A DNA stretch of 64,000 bases from Eledone cirrhosa (GCA_964016885.1 OZ024743.1:44826001-44890000); one strand, 5' to 3'. Positions 1 through 16,006 are shown, counted from the stretch's first letter. The notes: generated by a model not told the origin, from the letters alone. Program-made: numbers and translations.

Positions 1-2463
<2,463 letters not shown>

Positions 2464-2649
2464 GCAGAGGAGATAGGCGATACATGTAGTTATTTGCCAA
2501 TAGCTTATGCAAATGCGCTCAATACTTGTGCCTGCAGTGTTAAATATTAGAAGTGTTAATATCTAGTGGGCGCGAATATAAGCAGAGCGGATACACGTGA
2601 AGAAGTATATAAAGGAGAACAAACCGTTAAAACATGTTTATTTAAAACA

Positions 2650-2690
2650 GCACCTACGTACGTTTCGCCCGAAAGGGCTTCTAAAGGGCA
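2650..2690 (-). ncRNA. Hammerhead ribozyme motif, degenerate copy (core TTTAGAA)
   Basis: Reverse strand reads tgccc-TTTAGAA-gccctttcgggc-GAAA-cgtacgTA-ggtgc. G5 is mutated, so it is probably inactive. Confidence 0.65.
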
Positions 2691-2992
2691 TAAAAACTAA
2701 AGAGTGTTTCTTACGTGACCCACAAGGGTTTTTAAAGATAAGGTGATATCACAGTGTATTCTTCGTAAGCCACATGTATTGATTTTGCAGTAGATCAAGG
2801 GAGATAACTCTAGCCTGTGTTAGAGCAGTGTTCCACAAGCTATTTGTTACCCGTTACTACTTTGTGGGTACTGCTTTACCATTGTTGATTCAGGCCGGGT
2901 CAGGGATGCATGGTTAGTTTCCAGATGTTTCTTTGCAGCGCCTGCCCGCCGGGGTGTTAAGGTTTGGTGCAGGGTGACCCCTTTTACAGTTT

Positions 2993-3349
2993 TCACGCCT
3001 CATTCTTATTCCATCTGGAGTAAGAGATTTGTATACGGTGCGTGCAGTTTATCACTGTTTCTGCTCTGCTGTTGATGAGCTCAGGGGGTGCCGTTATGAT
3101 ACGGTAAAGCTCCATGAGGCAAAGCTCGCACTTCCTCTTGAAATTGTACGGTGCTGCCCCGCCGACAATTTCCCAGTGCGTGGAGAATCTGATGTTTGAA
3201 TCTTTTAATGCTATCATGTAATTAGCGAGCGAAGTGGAGTGTCTTAGTTTCTTGTTTGTGAAAGAGTGGAGATGTGTTCTAAATGTATTTCTGAACGGGC
3301 CAGAGGTAGCCCCTATATAATGCTTAACGCTATTATGGCTAGTTAACAC
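2993..3349 (-). pseudogene. PLE GIY-YIG endonuclease C-terminal fragment
   Basis: HYIGATSGPFRNTFRTHLHSF..STSLANYMIALK..WEIV..CELCLMELYRI..INSRAE..CTH matches the PLE endonuclease pattern. A degenerate inverted copy lies at about 3355-3698. Confidence 0.88.
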
Positions 3350-4059
3350 TATGGCTAGCCATAATAGCGTTAAGCATTATATAGGGGCTACTTTTGGCCC
3401 GTTCCAAAATAGATTTCGAACACATTACCACTCTTTCACAAACAAGAAACTATGACAATCCACTTCGCTCGCTAATTACATCACAGCATTAAAAGACTCA
3501 AACATCAGCTTCTCCACACACTGTGAAATTGTCGGCAGGGCAGCACTGTACAATTTCAAGAGGAAGTGCGAGCTTTGCCTCATGGAGCCTTACCACATCA
3601 TAACGGCACCCCCTGAGCTCATCAACAGCAGAGCATAAACAGTGATAAACTGCACGCACCGTATAAAAATCTCTTACGCCAGATGGAATAAGAATGAGGC
3701 GTGAAAACCGTAAACCGGGTCACCCTACACCAAACCTTAACACCCTGGCGGGCAGGCAAACAAACATCTGGAAACTAACCATGCATCCCAGACCGGGCGT
3801 GAATCGACCCTGGCAGGCAGGCACTGCAAAGAAACATCTGGACACTAACCATGCATCCCTGACCCGGTGTGAATCGACAATGGTAAAGCAGTACCCACAA
3901 AGTAGTAACGGGTCACAAAGCGCTTGGGGAACACTGTTCTAACACCGGCTAGAGTTATCTCCCTTGATCTACTTCAAAATCAATACATGTGGTTTACGAA
4001 AAATGAACTGTGATGTGAACCTCTTCTGGGTCATGTAAGGAACACTCTTTAGTTTTTTA

Positions 4060-4100
4060 TGCTCTTGAGAAGCCCTTTCAGGCGAAACGTACGTAGGTGC
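4060..4100 (+). ncRNA. Type I hammerhead ribozyme motif, U3-A8 core variant
   Basis: tgctc-TTGAGAA-gccctttcaggc-GAAA-cgtacgTA-ggtgc. Stem III acgtacgt is palindromic and AATAAA follows at 4108. Stem I is weak. Confidence 0.72.
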
Positions 4101-4230
4101 TGTTTTAAATAAACATGTTTTAACGGTTTGTTCTCCTTTATATACTTCTTCACGTATATATATATATATATATATAAATAATCATATATTCATACATATA
4201 TATATATACATATATAAATAATCATATATT

Positions 4231-4377
<147 letters not shown>

Positions 4378-4378
4378 A

Positions 4379-4493
4379 TAATTGTTTCTACTTTAGGCAC
4401 AAGGCCAGCAATTACCCAGTGCATTACTGGTACTTTATTTTATCGACCCCGTAAGGATGAAAGGCAAAGTCAACCTCGGCGGGATTTGAACTC
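4379..4493 (-). mobile_element. tRNA-derived SINE (cephalopod-type family A), partial
   Basis: B-box gagttcaaatccc on the minus strand. The body ggtactttattttatcgaccccgtaaggatgaaaggcaaagtcaacc recurs many times in the window. Confidence 0.85.
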
Positions 4494-4563
4494 ATATATA
4501 TATATATATATAATATTAGTGAAAAAGAACAAAGGAACTATTATGACATTATAACAAGTTTAT

Positions 4564-4610
4564 TGCCGACAGCCGTTTCGTCCGACTCCATGGTGGGACT
4601 TATCAAGGCA
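4564..4610 (-). ncRNA. Type I hammerhead ribozyme, U3-A8 variant (inverted copy)
   Basis: Exact reverse complement of 6987-7033. Confidence 0.85.
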
Positions 4611-5914
4611 TATAACATGTGATTGCAAGATCATTGTTTACATCAACGTATCACTCAAGGCTAGCAGTTTGAAATTGTTGTATACATCAGCAACTCCGCT
4701 TTAAGGGGGGCTCTTTTATATTAGTTGTCGGGGTCCGGGATTGAAGTTTAAAAATTAGACAAAAATATATAATTTACGCATCAACATTAAACCAAAAGAC
4801 TTGGGGTCCCGTAGAAGCACCTTAGAAAATCCCTCAATGAGTGCATAAAGCTTACAGGCTCCAATAAACCTATTAGTCTAGAAGAAAATTAAGAGGCTAA
4901 TAAAATAAGAAAATAAAAATATAAAGTTTCCCTAAAAAATATATAAAGTTCCTATGAAATTTCTTCTAGAGAAAAAAAAATTTTTCCGAAAGAAAATCTC
5001 TCAGAAAAGGCCCCTTTAATATTTCCAATAGGAACGTCTTCCGAGAGACCCTTCGATAAAATTTTAGAGAGCCTTTAAGGATAAATATAAAAACGAATTG
5101 AGGAAAATTATACATTAAAAGTTAAAAATTAAAAATTACGGTATTTGGGATATCCGAGGAATTTTCAAAGGGCTGCTTCAACAGATACAACTTAGGCATA
5201 ATAGATACAATAATCTAAGCAACTTAAGTAATTTAATTAGGGAGCAATTCAAGGAGTTTATCAAGTTGGGCAAGATTAAAGAAAGTGGTAACTAAGAAAA
5301 TACATAAGCAAAAAGACATGCGAACTTGAAAATACCACAAGCGAGACCCTCTGGATAACGTAGACGCAGCACCATACCCGCAAATACATACCCTGATCTG
5401 TCTTGAATATACAGGGCTGACGGAATATGGATAACACGACCACCATCTAAGCTGAGACCGACCCATACAGCAAACAAAGAGAGGACAGCCCTTCGCTTTT
5501 GACCAGTCGCGTGTGGACTTGGAGTTCATAATATACCACCCCAGTCAAATCCACACTGGTTTTTTAACAATATAGCATGTAGACCAATACATCATGCGTG
5601 GCGAAACCTTGGACTAAGAACCGGCAGGCTCGTCTATCGCGAAAGCGTTCAACCCCTGAAACTAAAAGATCGAACGGACCACATCCGGCAACCACTGGCT
5701 ATTAGATCCACAGGTACATCTCCCAGAGAGTCCACGCAGATAATAGTGAACCCCAGGTGATCTATGAACGTTTAAGCAAGACCAGCTGCGCCTGGAGCTA
5801 TGCAGATGACTGCTTACGCCTAGTGGATATCGTGCCTGGAGCTATGCAGGGGACTGCATAGGCAGAATGGATATCGCGCCCGCACGGTCACCAGTACTGT
5901 TCATCCTGTTATAT

Positions 5915-6070
5915 TTTTGTAATAATTTTATGATAATTTTGTAATAATTTTGTGATAATTTTATGATAATTTGATAATTTTGTAATGATTTTGTGGTAAT
6001 TTTGTGATGATTTGATAATTTTGTAATGATTTTGTGGTAATTTTGTAATAATTTTGTAATAATTTTTAAT
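5915..6070. repeat. ~11-bp minisatellite (taattttgtga-like)
   Basis: Repeated taattttgtaa/taattttatga units inside the spacer of the fold-back element. Confidence 0.85.
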
Positions 6071-6986
6071 CCTGTATCAATAGTTTTAGAATGTTTTTTG
6101 TGATAATACAGGGTTAGATCACTGAAGCTACCTTGTACCTTCTTAAAGATACATTTTATGATTATTGTCTTTTTGCTTATGTATTTTCTTAGTTACCACT
6201 TTCTTTAATCTTGCCCAACTTGATAAACTCCTTGAATTGCTCCCTAATTAAATTACTTAAGTTGCTTAGATTATTGTATCTATTATGCCTAAGTTGTATC
6301 TGTTGAAGCAGCCCTTTGAAAATTCCTCGGATATCCCAAATACCGTAATTTTTAATTTTTAACTTTTAATGTATAATTTTCCTCAATTCGTTTTTATATT
6401 TATCCTTAAAGGCTCTCTAAAATTTTAATTCTTCGAAGGGTCTCTCGGAAGACGTTCCTATTGGAAATATTAAAGGGGCCTTTTCTGAGAGATTTATGGA
6501 AGGCTCTCTGAATTAACCTCTAATTGATTAGTTTCTTTCAACTTAGTTTTGAATTCAGTTTTCTGAATTTTGTAAACGTGATCTCGGGGGAAGAAGGTTT
6601 TTTTCTTTCGGAAAAAATTTTTTTTCTCTAGAAGAAATTTCATAGGAACTTTATATATTTTTTAGGGAAACTTTATATTTTTATTTTCTTATTTTATTAG
6701 CCTCTTAATTTTCTTCTAGACTAATAGGTTTATTGGAGCCTGTAAGCTTTATGCACTCATTGAGGGATTTTCTAAGGTGCTTCTACGGGACCCCAAGTCT
6801 TTTGGTTTAATGTTGATGCGTAAATTATATATTTTTGTCTAATTTTTAAACTTCAATCCCTGACCCCGACAACTAATATAAAAGAGCCCCCCTTAAAGCC
6901 GAGTTGCTGATGTATACAACAATTTCAAACTGCTAGCCTTGAGTGATACGTTGATGTAAACAATGATCTTGCAATCACATGTTATA

Positions 6987-7033
6987 TGCCTTGATAAGTC
7001 CCACCATGGAGTCGGACGAAACGGCTGTCGGCA
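6987..7033 (+). ncRNA. Type I hammerhead ribozyme, U3-A8 variant
   Basis: tgcc-TTGATAA-gtcc[caccatggagtc]ggac-GAAA-cggctGTC-ggca. Stem I tgcc/ggca, stem II gtcc/ggac, GUC cleavage triplet, AATAAA immediately downstream. Confidence 0.85.
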
Positions 7034-7348
7034 ATAAACTTGTTATAATGTCATAATAGTTCCTTTGTTCTTTTTCACTAATATTTCTGCTCTGCGTATA
7101 CGCATAGAGCTTAACTAGCTACCGTCACATATTTGGTAAGTCAGACGTGATCATCGCGATTCACATACGACCTACCATACATCTTACTTATATATATAAT
7201 ATATATATAATATATATATATATAATATATATATATAATATATATACAATATATATATAATATATATATAATATATATATATAATATATATATATAATAT
7301 ATATATAATATATATATATAATATATATATATAATATATATATAATAT

Positions 7349-7423
<75 letters not shown>

Positions 7424-7469
7424 AAAAAATAAAATATATATATATAGAGAGAGAGAGAGAAAAGAGACA

Positions 7470-7545
<76 letters not shown>

Positions 7546-8149
7546 TGTCTCTCTTTCTCTCTATATATACACATATGCTTTTGTAGAAATGTATTTATGA
7601 CTGTATATATTTCCTTATGTGTACGGGTCTGAGTAAATGTATGATTATGATATTGTGTATATCTATATATATTAATGTTGTTTATGAGTGTCTACTAGTT
7701 CAGATGAATTTTAAAATCTCGTAAAGGTTGTTACTGTAAACAAATGACAGAGTAGATTCAAATAAATATGATTTTTACTTGAAAATGGAATTTAGTGCTA
7801 AATGTTAAAGAAATAATATACAGTAATGAAACTAGTTTTTCTGCAGTGTTATTTATATTCACAAATATTTTACTAACGTGACAGGTCATAATAATGCATT
7901 GAAGTAGCAGAATCGATATTGTGTGCCAGTAAATGGCTTGCGGTATTTCTTCCGGTTCTCAGTACTTTTCATTCAAATCATTCAGTGGACTTAGCGAGTT
8001 ATTAACCTGAAATAGATTTGAAAGCAGAGATTTGAAAATTCATTTCGAGACGTTAGTTTAGAAAGTGAAGCGCTGCAGCTGAGAGCAAGTGGTGAATTAC
8101 AAGTATCATTTAAACGTATGTCTGTTTGTGATGTTGGTACACATTCCAC

Positions 8150-8410
8150 AGTGGATTTGAACTCAGATCATAGAAGAGCCGTAACTCTATGCTGCAAATC
8201 ATGGCGTCCGACCCTCTACCGATGCTGCCTAATAATTGTTTCGAAAAGTCGATTAGATCGACCCCAGTGTGTGACTGGTACTTTATTTTATTGACCCCGT
8301 AAGGATGAAAGGCAAAGTTAACCTTGACGGGATTTGAACTCAAACCGTAAAGTGCCGTAACTCTATGTTGCAAAGCATGGTGTCCGACCCTCTAACGATA
8401 CTACCAATCC
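8150..8410 (-). mobile_element. SINE family A, two partial copies
   Basis: gatttgaactca B-box (reverse) at about 8154 and about 8331, with the same body as 4379-4493. Confidence 0.8.
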
Positions 8411-8438
8411 AAGAAGAAGAAGAAGAAGAAGAAGAAGG

Positions 8439-8511
8439 ATGGACATTAAGACCAGAAAACTACTGATAACTGGAAAAAATTCACCACCCTAAAGCCGATG
8501 TACATAGGCTG
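8439..8511 (+). pseudogene. Tiny R4/Dong-like RT-thumb fragment
   Basis: Translates MDIKTRKLLITG..HPKADVHRL, resembling MDRKTRKLLTIYNMFHKRSDVDRL in the 52337-54649 ORF. Follows a (GAA)n tract. Confidence 0.55.
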
Positions 8512-10341
8512 TCAAGAAAAGAAATTAGACGTAGAAAATACTTGTGTCTCTTTCTAGGCTGGCGACAACATAGACATCTAAGCCTCTTAACTAAATCTTG
8601 ACATGAATATATTTATATATATTCGCACACATACATACATGTCTTTGCATATATATTTATAAACGTTGGATAGTACATATGTATAGATATACATGCAAGA
8701 ATGTAATTGATTTACATACACATCCTTTTAAGTGGTGTACAAAATTGTGTCGTGTCCAATTACATGTACGTGTGTTCATGTATAATTTCATATTAAGGGC
8801 AGGTTTTTTCATTGTAGAGTGTAAATTATTTAATGTAATTATGAATCGATAATAAACCGTATTTAACGTAAACGTTTGATCTTTGTTTATTTTAGTTTTC
8901 AGATTAACATAATATACATTCATGTTAAATATCATTCTTGATAAATTAAACAGGTGACATTGAAAGTTGCTTAATTATATATGTATCTAATTGTATTATT
9001 ATAAATAATTATATTTACGTGAATCAATATGTCTATATAGCTTATAAGGTTTCAAATATATAATCCATTTAATTATCACCGCGTCTTATTTATCTTTTCT
9101 TCTCTTGGCAAACGAAATAATATTTGATTATGTTTGATTTGTTAAAAGAAATGTCAGAATATCTACGAGAGTGGTGACGCAAATGTTAAGAATAATTTGA
9201 CAAATAGCTTCGATGAAACTTAAATGCCAATACCGTTTAGTAATAAACTTAATTAACGATGCACTAACACAACCTAATAACAAAATAATAGCATATGTGA
9301 GCCAATATACAATATGTTTAACACATAATAGACATACATTTATGCATGCGAGTTTTTTTTAGATGTGATATGATCACAGCTAGCCAAGTATTGGGTTAGG
9401 AACAGTGTATGCATGTAGTTTATGAATTACTCGCCAGCCGATATTGAGTGTGAAAGACATTGACGCCTTACATATTTTGCAAACAAACTATTCTTATTGA
9501 AATTTTATTTAGAAGCAGATTGTCTGGCTAGTATTTTATTAGCAATAGTCCTAACACAACGTGAATCCCAGTAAAGACACATATTGACCCATATATACAT
9601 GTTTAATGTATAATAAAATATATATTTTGTCCTGAGAATATTTCAAGCTGTGAACATATCAGAGCTACTACCCTAACAGGCTCAGAGCGATGTATACATA
9701 TAATTTTATTCTGAATCACGCTGCGTTACTGCTATCTGTAATTAATACTGGTCCGTCAAACTCGCAATATAAAGCTTCCCAGATGTCAATGGACTGTACG
9801 ACCAGTATAATCCGACCACAGTGTGGTCGGATTATACTGGACATATTTCATTGTCACGTCAGTTTCATAATACAATACGAAAAGAGTGAAAACAGCAAAG
9901 AAAAGAAAGAAATATATATTAATTAGGGGGGGGGGGTCGTAATGGGGAGAGATTGAACTCTACACCGCTAGTTGTACACCTCAGTAATTCCGGCTGAAAA
10001 GATGGTGAAAGTATTGTCACTAAAAACAACAAGAGCTACCTGCTACATCAGCCGTTCCACCCAACAGTAGAGTTCCTTATTCAAACATCAAGCTCTTATG
10101 ATTTCAACAACAATAGTTTACTTACCAATCATTAAGTATTTTCATATATCATTTTCTCACCGTGAGTAAGAGAGTACCGACGTAGAATAAAGGCTTCTGA
10201 AATAGACGTATACAATACTCTTACATATATACCAAGGTATCTATGATTATCTTATAGACTATAATGCTCACAGCGAGATTAAATGTGTGTTTATGCATAA
10301 ATATACTGTAGATGAATCCATATACATCTCGGTTAAATAAT

Positions 10342-10868
10342 GAATTCTAATTTAGGCACAGGACAAGCAATGTTTAACGTAGGATCACCTTGATTAAATC
10401 AAACCCATTTCTTGACTGGTACTTTATTTTATCAAGCTCGAAAGACTGAAAATCGAAGATAACCGACCTTTATAAAATAATTGGTTCTACTTTTGGCACA
10501 AGGCCAGCAATTACCCAGTGCATTACTGGTACTTTATTTTATCGACCCTGTAAGGATAAAAGGCAAAGTTAACCTCGGCGAGATTTGAACTCTGATTGAA
10601 AAGGGCCGCAACCCTATGCGTCAAAGCATGGCGTCCGACCCTCTACCAATACGGCCAATCTACCGCCCTTTATAAAATAATTGTTTCTACGTTAGGCACA
10701 AGGCCAGCAATTACCGAGTGCATTACTGGTACTTTATTTTATCGACCCCGTAAGGATGAAAGGCAAAGTCAACCTCGGCGGGATTTGAACTCAGATCGTA
10801 AAGGGACGTAACTATGCTGGAAAGCATGGCGTCCGACCCTCCACCGATACTGCCAATCCACCGCCCTT
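10342..10868 (-). mobile_element. Tandem of three SINE family A copies
   Basis: Units at about 10342-10460 (diverged), 10470-10668 and 10670-10868, each beginning with tttctac/taatttaggcacaagg. Confidence 0.85.
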
Positions 10869-11319
10869 TACAAAATAATAAAGTTGTATCCTTATTATGT
10901 CAACGCCAGAATAGTGGTGATATCATTAGTTAAAAGAAATGTGATTATTTCACTGTTTAACATAGCATGGGAGCAACTGCACATAATACATTAAACAGTG
11001 ATTTCATGGGGAGCTCGATTATTCGATTTATCAACAGGCATAATCTTCTGTTATCCCGACGAGCCATTCAGAAGTTTCACAATACTATCGTTCATGGGTA
11101 CGAGGTATATTTTTCTTGATAAATGTATTTCTTAAATATAAGATCCAGCCTTCTATCATTGACTAAGGACTACTTATGGAGTCGTATGAGCAAATACTTG
11201 ACATACGGAATTTCTTTGACATTTCAAACGTGGTGACACCCATCCCTCTCTAAGTTTGAACACAGTCGATTTCTTCTAGAGAAAGAGTGTTAGAGACAAA
11301 ATTTGAAAAATAGATGACG

Positions 11320-11432
11320 CCAGTATTGAACTGGTATTTTATTTATTGACTTTGAAAGGACGAAAGGCAATGTCGAACTTGGCGGGATTCGAACTCAGAA
11401 CACAGAGTGCCGGAACGTATCAATGCTAAGAA
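11320..11432 (-). mobile_element. SINE family A, diverged partial copy
   Basis: ctggtattttatttattgac..gaaaggacgaaaggcaatgtcgaacttggcgggattcgaactcagaa. Confidence 0.7.
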
Positions 11433-12289
11433 ATACTGAATAAATGTGGAGATATGTGAACGTGTGTTAATTAGTACATGTAAGCATGTGTTAATTAGTA
11501 CATGGAAATGTTTCCGTTTACTTGTGTCTCTTTTATCAGAGACACAACTCTTACCTTGCACACAATACTGCTTATTTATTTGCAAATAGGTCACTTGGAT
11601 CAGTGGTAATCATATCATTTGCAGTGCAAATGACTTCAATCTAAACATTGTGTTTGATAACCAGTCACTTTACACTTACTTATTGTCATTCTACATTTAC
11701 TAATAGACAGCTGCAATTAACTAGTAGGACACGTAATTTTACCTATTCAAAACACAAACAAAATCCTAAATCTACTTCATAATTATTTGTTTTCTTTGGT
11801 TACAAATGCCTTCACTAAGAGTATTGACACCAAGAAATATATGATAAATGTAAAGTAAAGGTAATACTTTTAGTCTGTATTTAAATAACTAAAATGACCA
11901 TTCCATGATGTAATTGCTTCAGTCTCAGACCATATCACGACCAAACATGCAGAACTCCAAAATAAAAAAAAAATGGCATTAACAATTTCGCGTTCTACCA
12001 AAGTAGACAGGGCATTGCAGCAGACAAGATAAATATAAGATGAAAATGTCAAGACTAGTATTCTGTTTTTTTTTGTTTTGTTTTTTGTTTGGCTTAGAAG
12101 TCAAGTCAAATTATAAATACGAAAGTTTCTGGGTTAAAATCTGATAAAAGCATCTTTAACCTATTAGAATTTCATGAGTGTTTTTTGAATAAATTTACAA
12201 ACACTGAAGTTATTTTACAAATTATCTATTTATGCAATGATATGTCATTTTATATCTCATATTCACATGGCCATGACCAAAGGGGACAG

Positions 12290-12590
12290 GAGACTACGTT
12301 ATCTAGGACTACATTAAAACTGTATTCCTAGATAATGTAATCCTTGATAACGTAGACTTATATATTTTAATCGTACATTATATAGTCATATATAATGTTA
12401 CCCTATATAATGTGGTCCCATATAATGTGGTCCTAGACAACATAATCATAGATAATGTAGTCCTAGAATATATGGTCCAAGATAATGTAGTCCAAGATAA
12501 GGTAACCCTTGATAATGTAGTCCTAGAATATGTAGTCATGTATAATATCGTCATAGATACCGTGGAGTTTATGTAGTCCTAGATAATAAA
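12290..12590. repeat. ~15-bp minisatellite (gataatgtagtccta consensus)
   Basis: About 18 diverged tandem units. Confidence 0.85.
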
Positions 12591-12704
12591 ACTTTATTTT
12601 GCGTATTTCAACAAAAACACTCACCATCTTTTCCAAATTTCTTAGCGACATTATATAATCAAATTAATTGCTTACACTAACGGAAACAGAATAATGCTAT
12701 AATC

Positions 12705-12762
<58 letters not shown>

Positions 12763-12765
12763 ATG

Positions 12766-12800
<35 letters not shown>

Positions 12801-12880
12801 GTTGATAAATGGATATAGATGCATACATATATACATACCCCCTACACAAACCTGACACACACATTGATCTCTCTCTCTCG

Positions 12881-12924
<44 letters not shown>

Positions 12925-12926
<2 letters not shown>

Positions 12927-12993
12927 TAGATAAAGTCAATTTTTTAAAATTTATTTTGAAACTTTTTCATTATTTGCTAAACCTTGTTTATAT
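12925..12993 (+). repeat. Fragment of the 484-bp HHR repeat family at 23477-24297
   Basis: gtcaattttttaaaatttattttgaaactttttcattatttgctaaaccttgtttatat matches 24128-24187. Flanked by (TA)n. Confidence 0.85.
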
Positions 12994-13014
12994 ATATATA
13001 CATATACATATACA

Positions 13015-13095
<81 letters not shown>

Positions 13096-13131
13096 GTATG
13101 TACATAGACACACACACAGACACAAACACAT

Positions 13132-13208
<77 letters not shown>

Positions 13209-13476
13209 CTGAACAGTTAAGCTATGTGTAGATATGAAGATCTATGGTTAAATAACACAACGTGAGGTGTGAGTTGCCTGACAAATTTTGTTTGAACTAG
13301 GTGAGATGCTGTGCAGATAAAATAATTAATCAAATAAAACCACTTGGAGATTTACAGATAATGAGACAGAGAGAGTCAGGGAGAGAGAGAGTGAGAGAGA
13401 GAGAGAGAGAGGAACAGACACATTCTAGTTGTATAATCGTTAGCATGATCCTCCTGTAACTAAATGATGTATTGTG

Positions 13477-13532
13477 AAGGCGCATGCCTTAGTGGTTAGA
13501 GCATTGAGCTTGCAATCGAAAGGTGTGTTTTG

Positions 13533-13602
<70 letters not shown>

Positions 13603-13945
13603 TGTGTGTGTGTGTGTGTGCGTGTGTGTTTACCTATATGCACATAGGACCGGTGGCTCGGTATTTATCACTCTAGGCTAGCCTTAAGTTCTGCCCAGCC
13701 TTCTTCGAAATATATTGCTGTAAAACTACTGCCTGGCTAGTTGAAAAGCCAGTTTTAATACTTCTTCTTGCGCGGATCTCACTAACAAGATTAGTAAGGC
13801 TGCACTTTACACACACAGGCGCATGGCTTAGTGGTTAGAGCATTGGGCTTGCAATCGAAAGGTTGTGAGTTCAAATCTCGGACCGGGTGATGTGTTGATT
13901 CCTTTATTTCACGTTGCTCCAGTTTTCTCAGCTGTAGAAATGAGA
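13477..13945 (+). mobile_element. tRNA-derived SINE heads (family B): truncated head 13477-13526 and longer copy 13817-13945
   Basis: A-box tggcttagtgg, B-box gagttcaaatc, body ttatttcacgttgctccagt..cagctgtagaaatgag. Confidence 0.8.
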
Positions 13946-14407
13946 TGATAGAACTGGGATCCCTATCATTAAATCACCCAAGACATTTCCAACGAGATAT
14001 ACCTTGGAGGAAGCCAGCTAAACCTGCATAGGTGTGAGATGTCATACACACACACACACTTTATGTATGGTTCACATCCACTTAAGTTTAGACTGTCACC
14101 TTCAACTGCCTAAGTTAGTTAACCTTACAATCTTTATCCCTTTCTTCTATTTTTTAACTAAAAATCTCTACAGGGTGCATTCCTGCAGGCTTAAAATGCA
14201 ATGTGATGTTTATTTAAAACAACAAAATTTCATCTGAACTTACCTTATTTCAACAAAAGCCCTCGCCAAATATCTGAGCCCCTTTCTCATGTTTAAGCCG
14301 TCAGTATTCTCCCATCACAATATTACAACACCCCCGTCCCAGATTGACCGGCCTGAAGCCGGTCCGTGGTATAAAAAAGCTTGGAGACTACTACTCTACA
14401 GTATCAA

Positions 14408-14601
14408 ATAAATTGTTTCTACTTTTGGCACAAGGCCAGCAAGTATCCAGTGCATTACTGGTACTTTCTTTTATCGACCTCGTAAGGATGAAAAGCAAGG
14501 TTAACCTCGGCGGGATTTGAACTCAGAATGAAAAGGGCCGTAACTCTATGCGTCAAAGCATGGCGTCCGACCCTCTAGCGATACTGCCAATCCACCGCCC
14601 T
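14408..14601 (-). mobile_element. SINE family A, near complete
   Basis: Same sequence as 10670-10868. Confidence 0.85.
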
Positions 14602-15735
14602 TAATAATACAGCATAATAATAATACTAAGAGGATCAGTATCCTGCTTGACCTGATCTAGATAGAATTAGCAATATAGATTTCATTGAGATCATTACCGT
14701 TGTAACGTCATAATTACCGTGCCAATTGACGTACTTATCCCCATAATCAGAAACAGACATCATATAGATTGAAAAACAAATGGACGATTACACAGACACA
14801 TAGATATATTGATAGATAACTTGTAAGATCGTTTGATGAGTAGCCAGACATATATATATCACCGATGTAGACAATCGATAGAAAAACTTTTACTAAAAAT
14901 ACTGAAAATTACACGAAAATTATACGAAAAATTACACGAAAAATACTAGAAAATTCATTATTTTCCTCGTTGTTACATTTATACCTTTGTTCTTTTACTG
15001 GGTTCAGCCATTATATTAGAGCTATGCTCAGGCTCCACCTTGATTCAGTCGGCCGCCACACCAAATACTATTTTTTTAGAGATAGATATATATTTTTCAA
15101 TCTCGTTTTTCGAAGCGTTGCCAACAGATCTATACGTAATCACACACACACACACATTTATGTATATATATATATATATATATGTAGATAGATCTACCAG
15201 AATAAACGGTAGTGTCCAATCGGTATGAAGAACTCAATGTAATCCAAATATAGAAGATATCATGAAAAGAGAAAATGCATTCAAAATTTAACGATAAAAA
15301 TCATAGGAAAACAGTGTCAAGATAAATTAATAAAAACAATGAAATAAAAACAAAGAACAGGTTCCTTATATTTTAAGAAATATGAAGATGGCATATATAG
15401 GTGAAGCTATGTATAAATCTGAAGATGGCATATATAGGTGAAGGTATCTATATCTCCTCTGATAATTTGTAATATTTTTTACATAGAACTATAATATGAT
15501 ATACATACCAACAGACATATATATCGCAGAAACGATCGTAAAATGATGATTTTTTTCAATATAAGTAACCTGTTCTTTGTTTTTATTAATTTATATATAT
15601 ATATGTATTGAGTATGTGGTGGTTGATTCCAGTTCCTTTGAGGACTAACAACACACACAGGAGCTGGATATATCGATGAATTAACAGGGTAAAACACATT
15701 ACACCATGTTTACCTGTTTTTTCTACATTAATTCT

Positions 15736-15791
15736 CACTGCCTGATGAGGTCACACCCAATAATGGCTGCCCTGAAATATATATAGCAGCG
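15736..15791 (+). ncRNA. Type I hammerhead ribozyme
   Basis: ctgc-CTGATGA-ggtcacacccaataatggctgccct-GAAA-tatataTA-gcag. AATAAA at 15798, (TA)n ~55 nt downstream. Lies in a ~600-bp element with a short internal inverted repeat (about 15335-15375 / 15558-15595). Confidence 0.75.
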
Positions 15792-15838
15792 AAGTAGAAT
15801 AAACGAAGCCAACTTTAACATGCTTGACTTACACATAT

Positions 15839-15899
<61 letters not shown>

Positions 15900-15943
15900 A
15901 ATTCAAAATATTAACAAAATAATTATTCTTGTGATCAAGTATA

Positions 15944-16006
15944 TTTTATTATACATATTTCAGAGGTACTGAGTTAACTTCAACAGTACGTCCTCATCAG
16001 ATAAAA
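15944..16006 (-). ncRNA. Type I hammerhead ribozyme (inverted copy)
   Basis: Reverse strand reads ttttat-CTGATGA-ggacgtactg..cagtacctct-GAAA-tatgtaTA-ataaaa. Confidence 0.85.

Larger units (their letters stand above)
2464..4155. mobile_element. Fold-back Penelope-like element remnant (inverted GIY-YIG 3' end + 3' UTR/pLTR)
   Basis: 2595-3342 is the reverse complement of 3355-4155 with a ~12-nt spacer. Both arms carry a GIY-YIG C-terminus and an HHR motif. The left arm extends ~130 nt further. Flanked by microsatellites. Confidence 0.9.
4512..7185. mobile_element. Non-coding fold-back element with ~810-bp inverted arms and terminal HHRs
   Basis: 4512-5318 is the near-perfect reverse complement of 6166-7085 (right arm has an extra ~100 nt at about 6494-6597). 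Right arm extends ~100 nt further. (TA)n on both sides. Confidence 0.9.
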
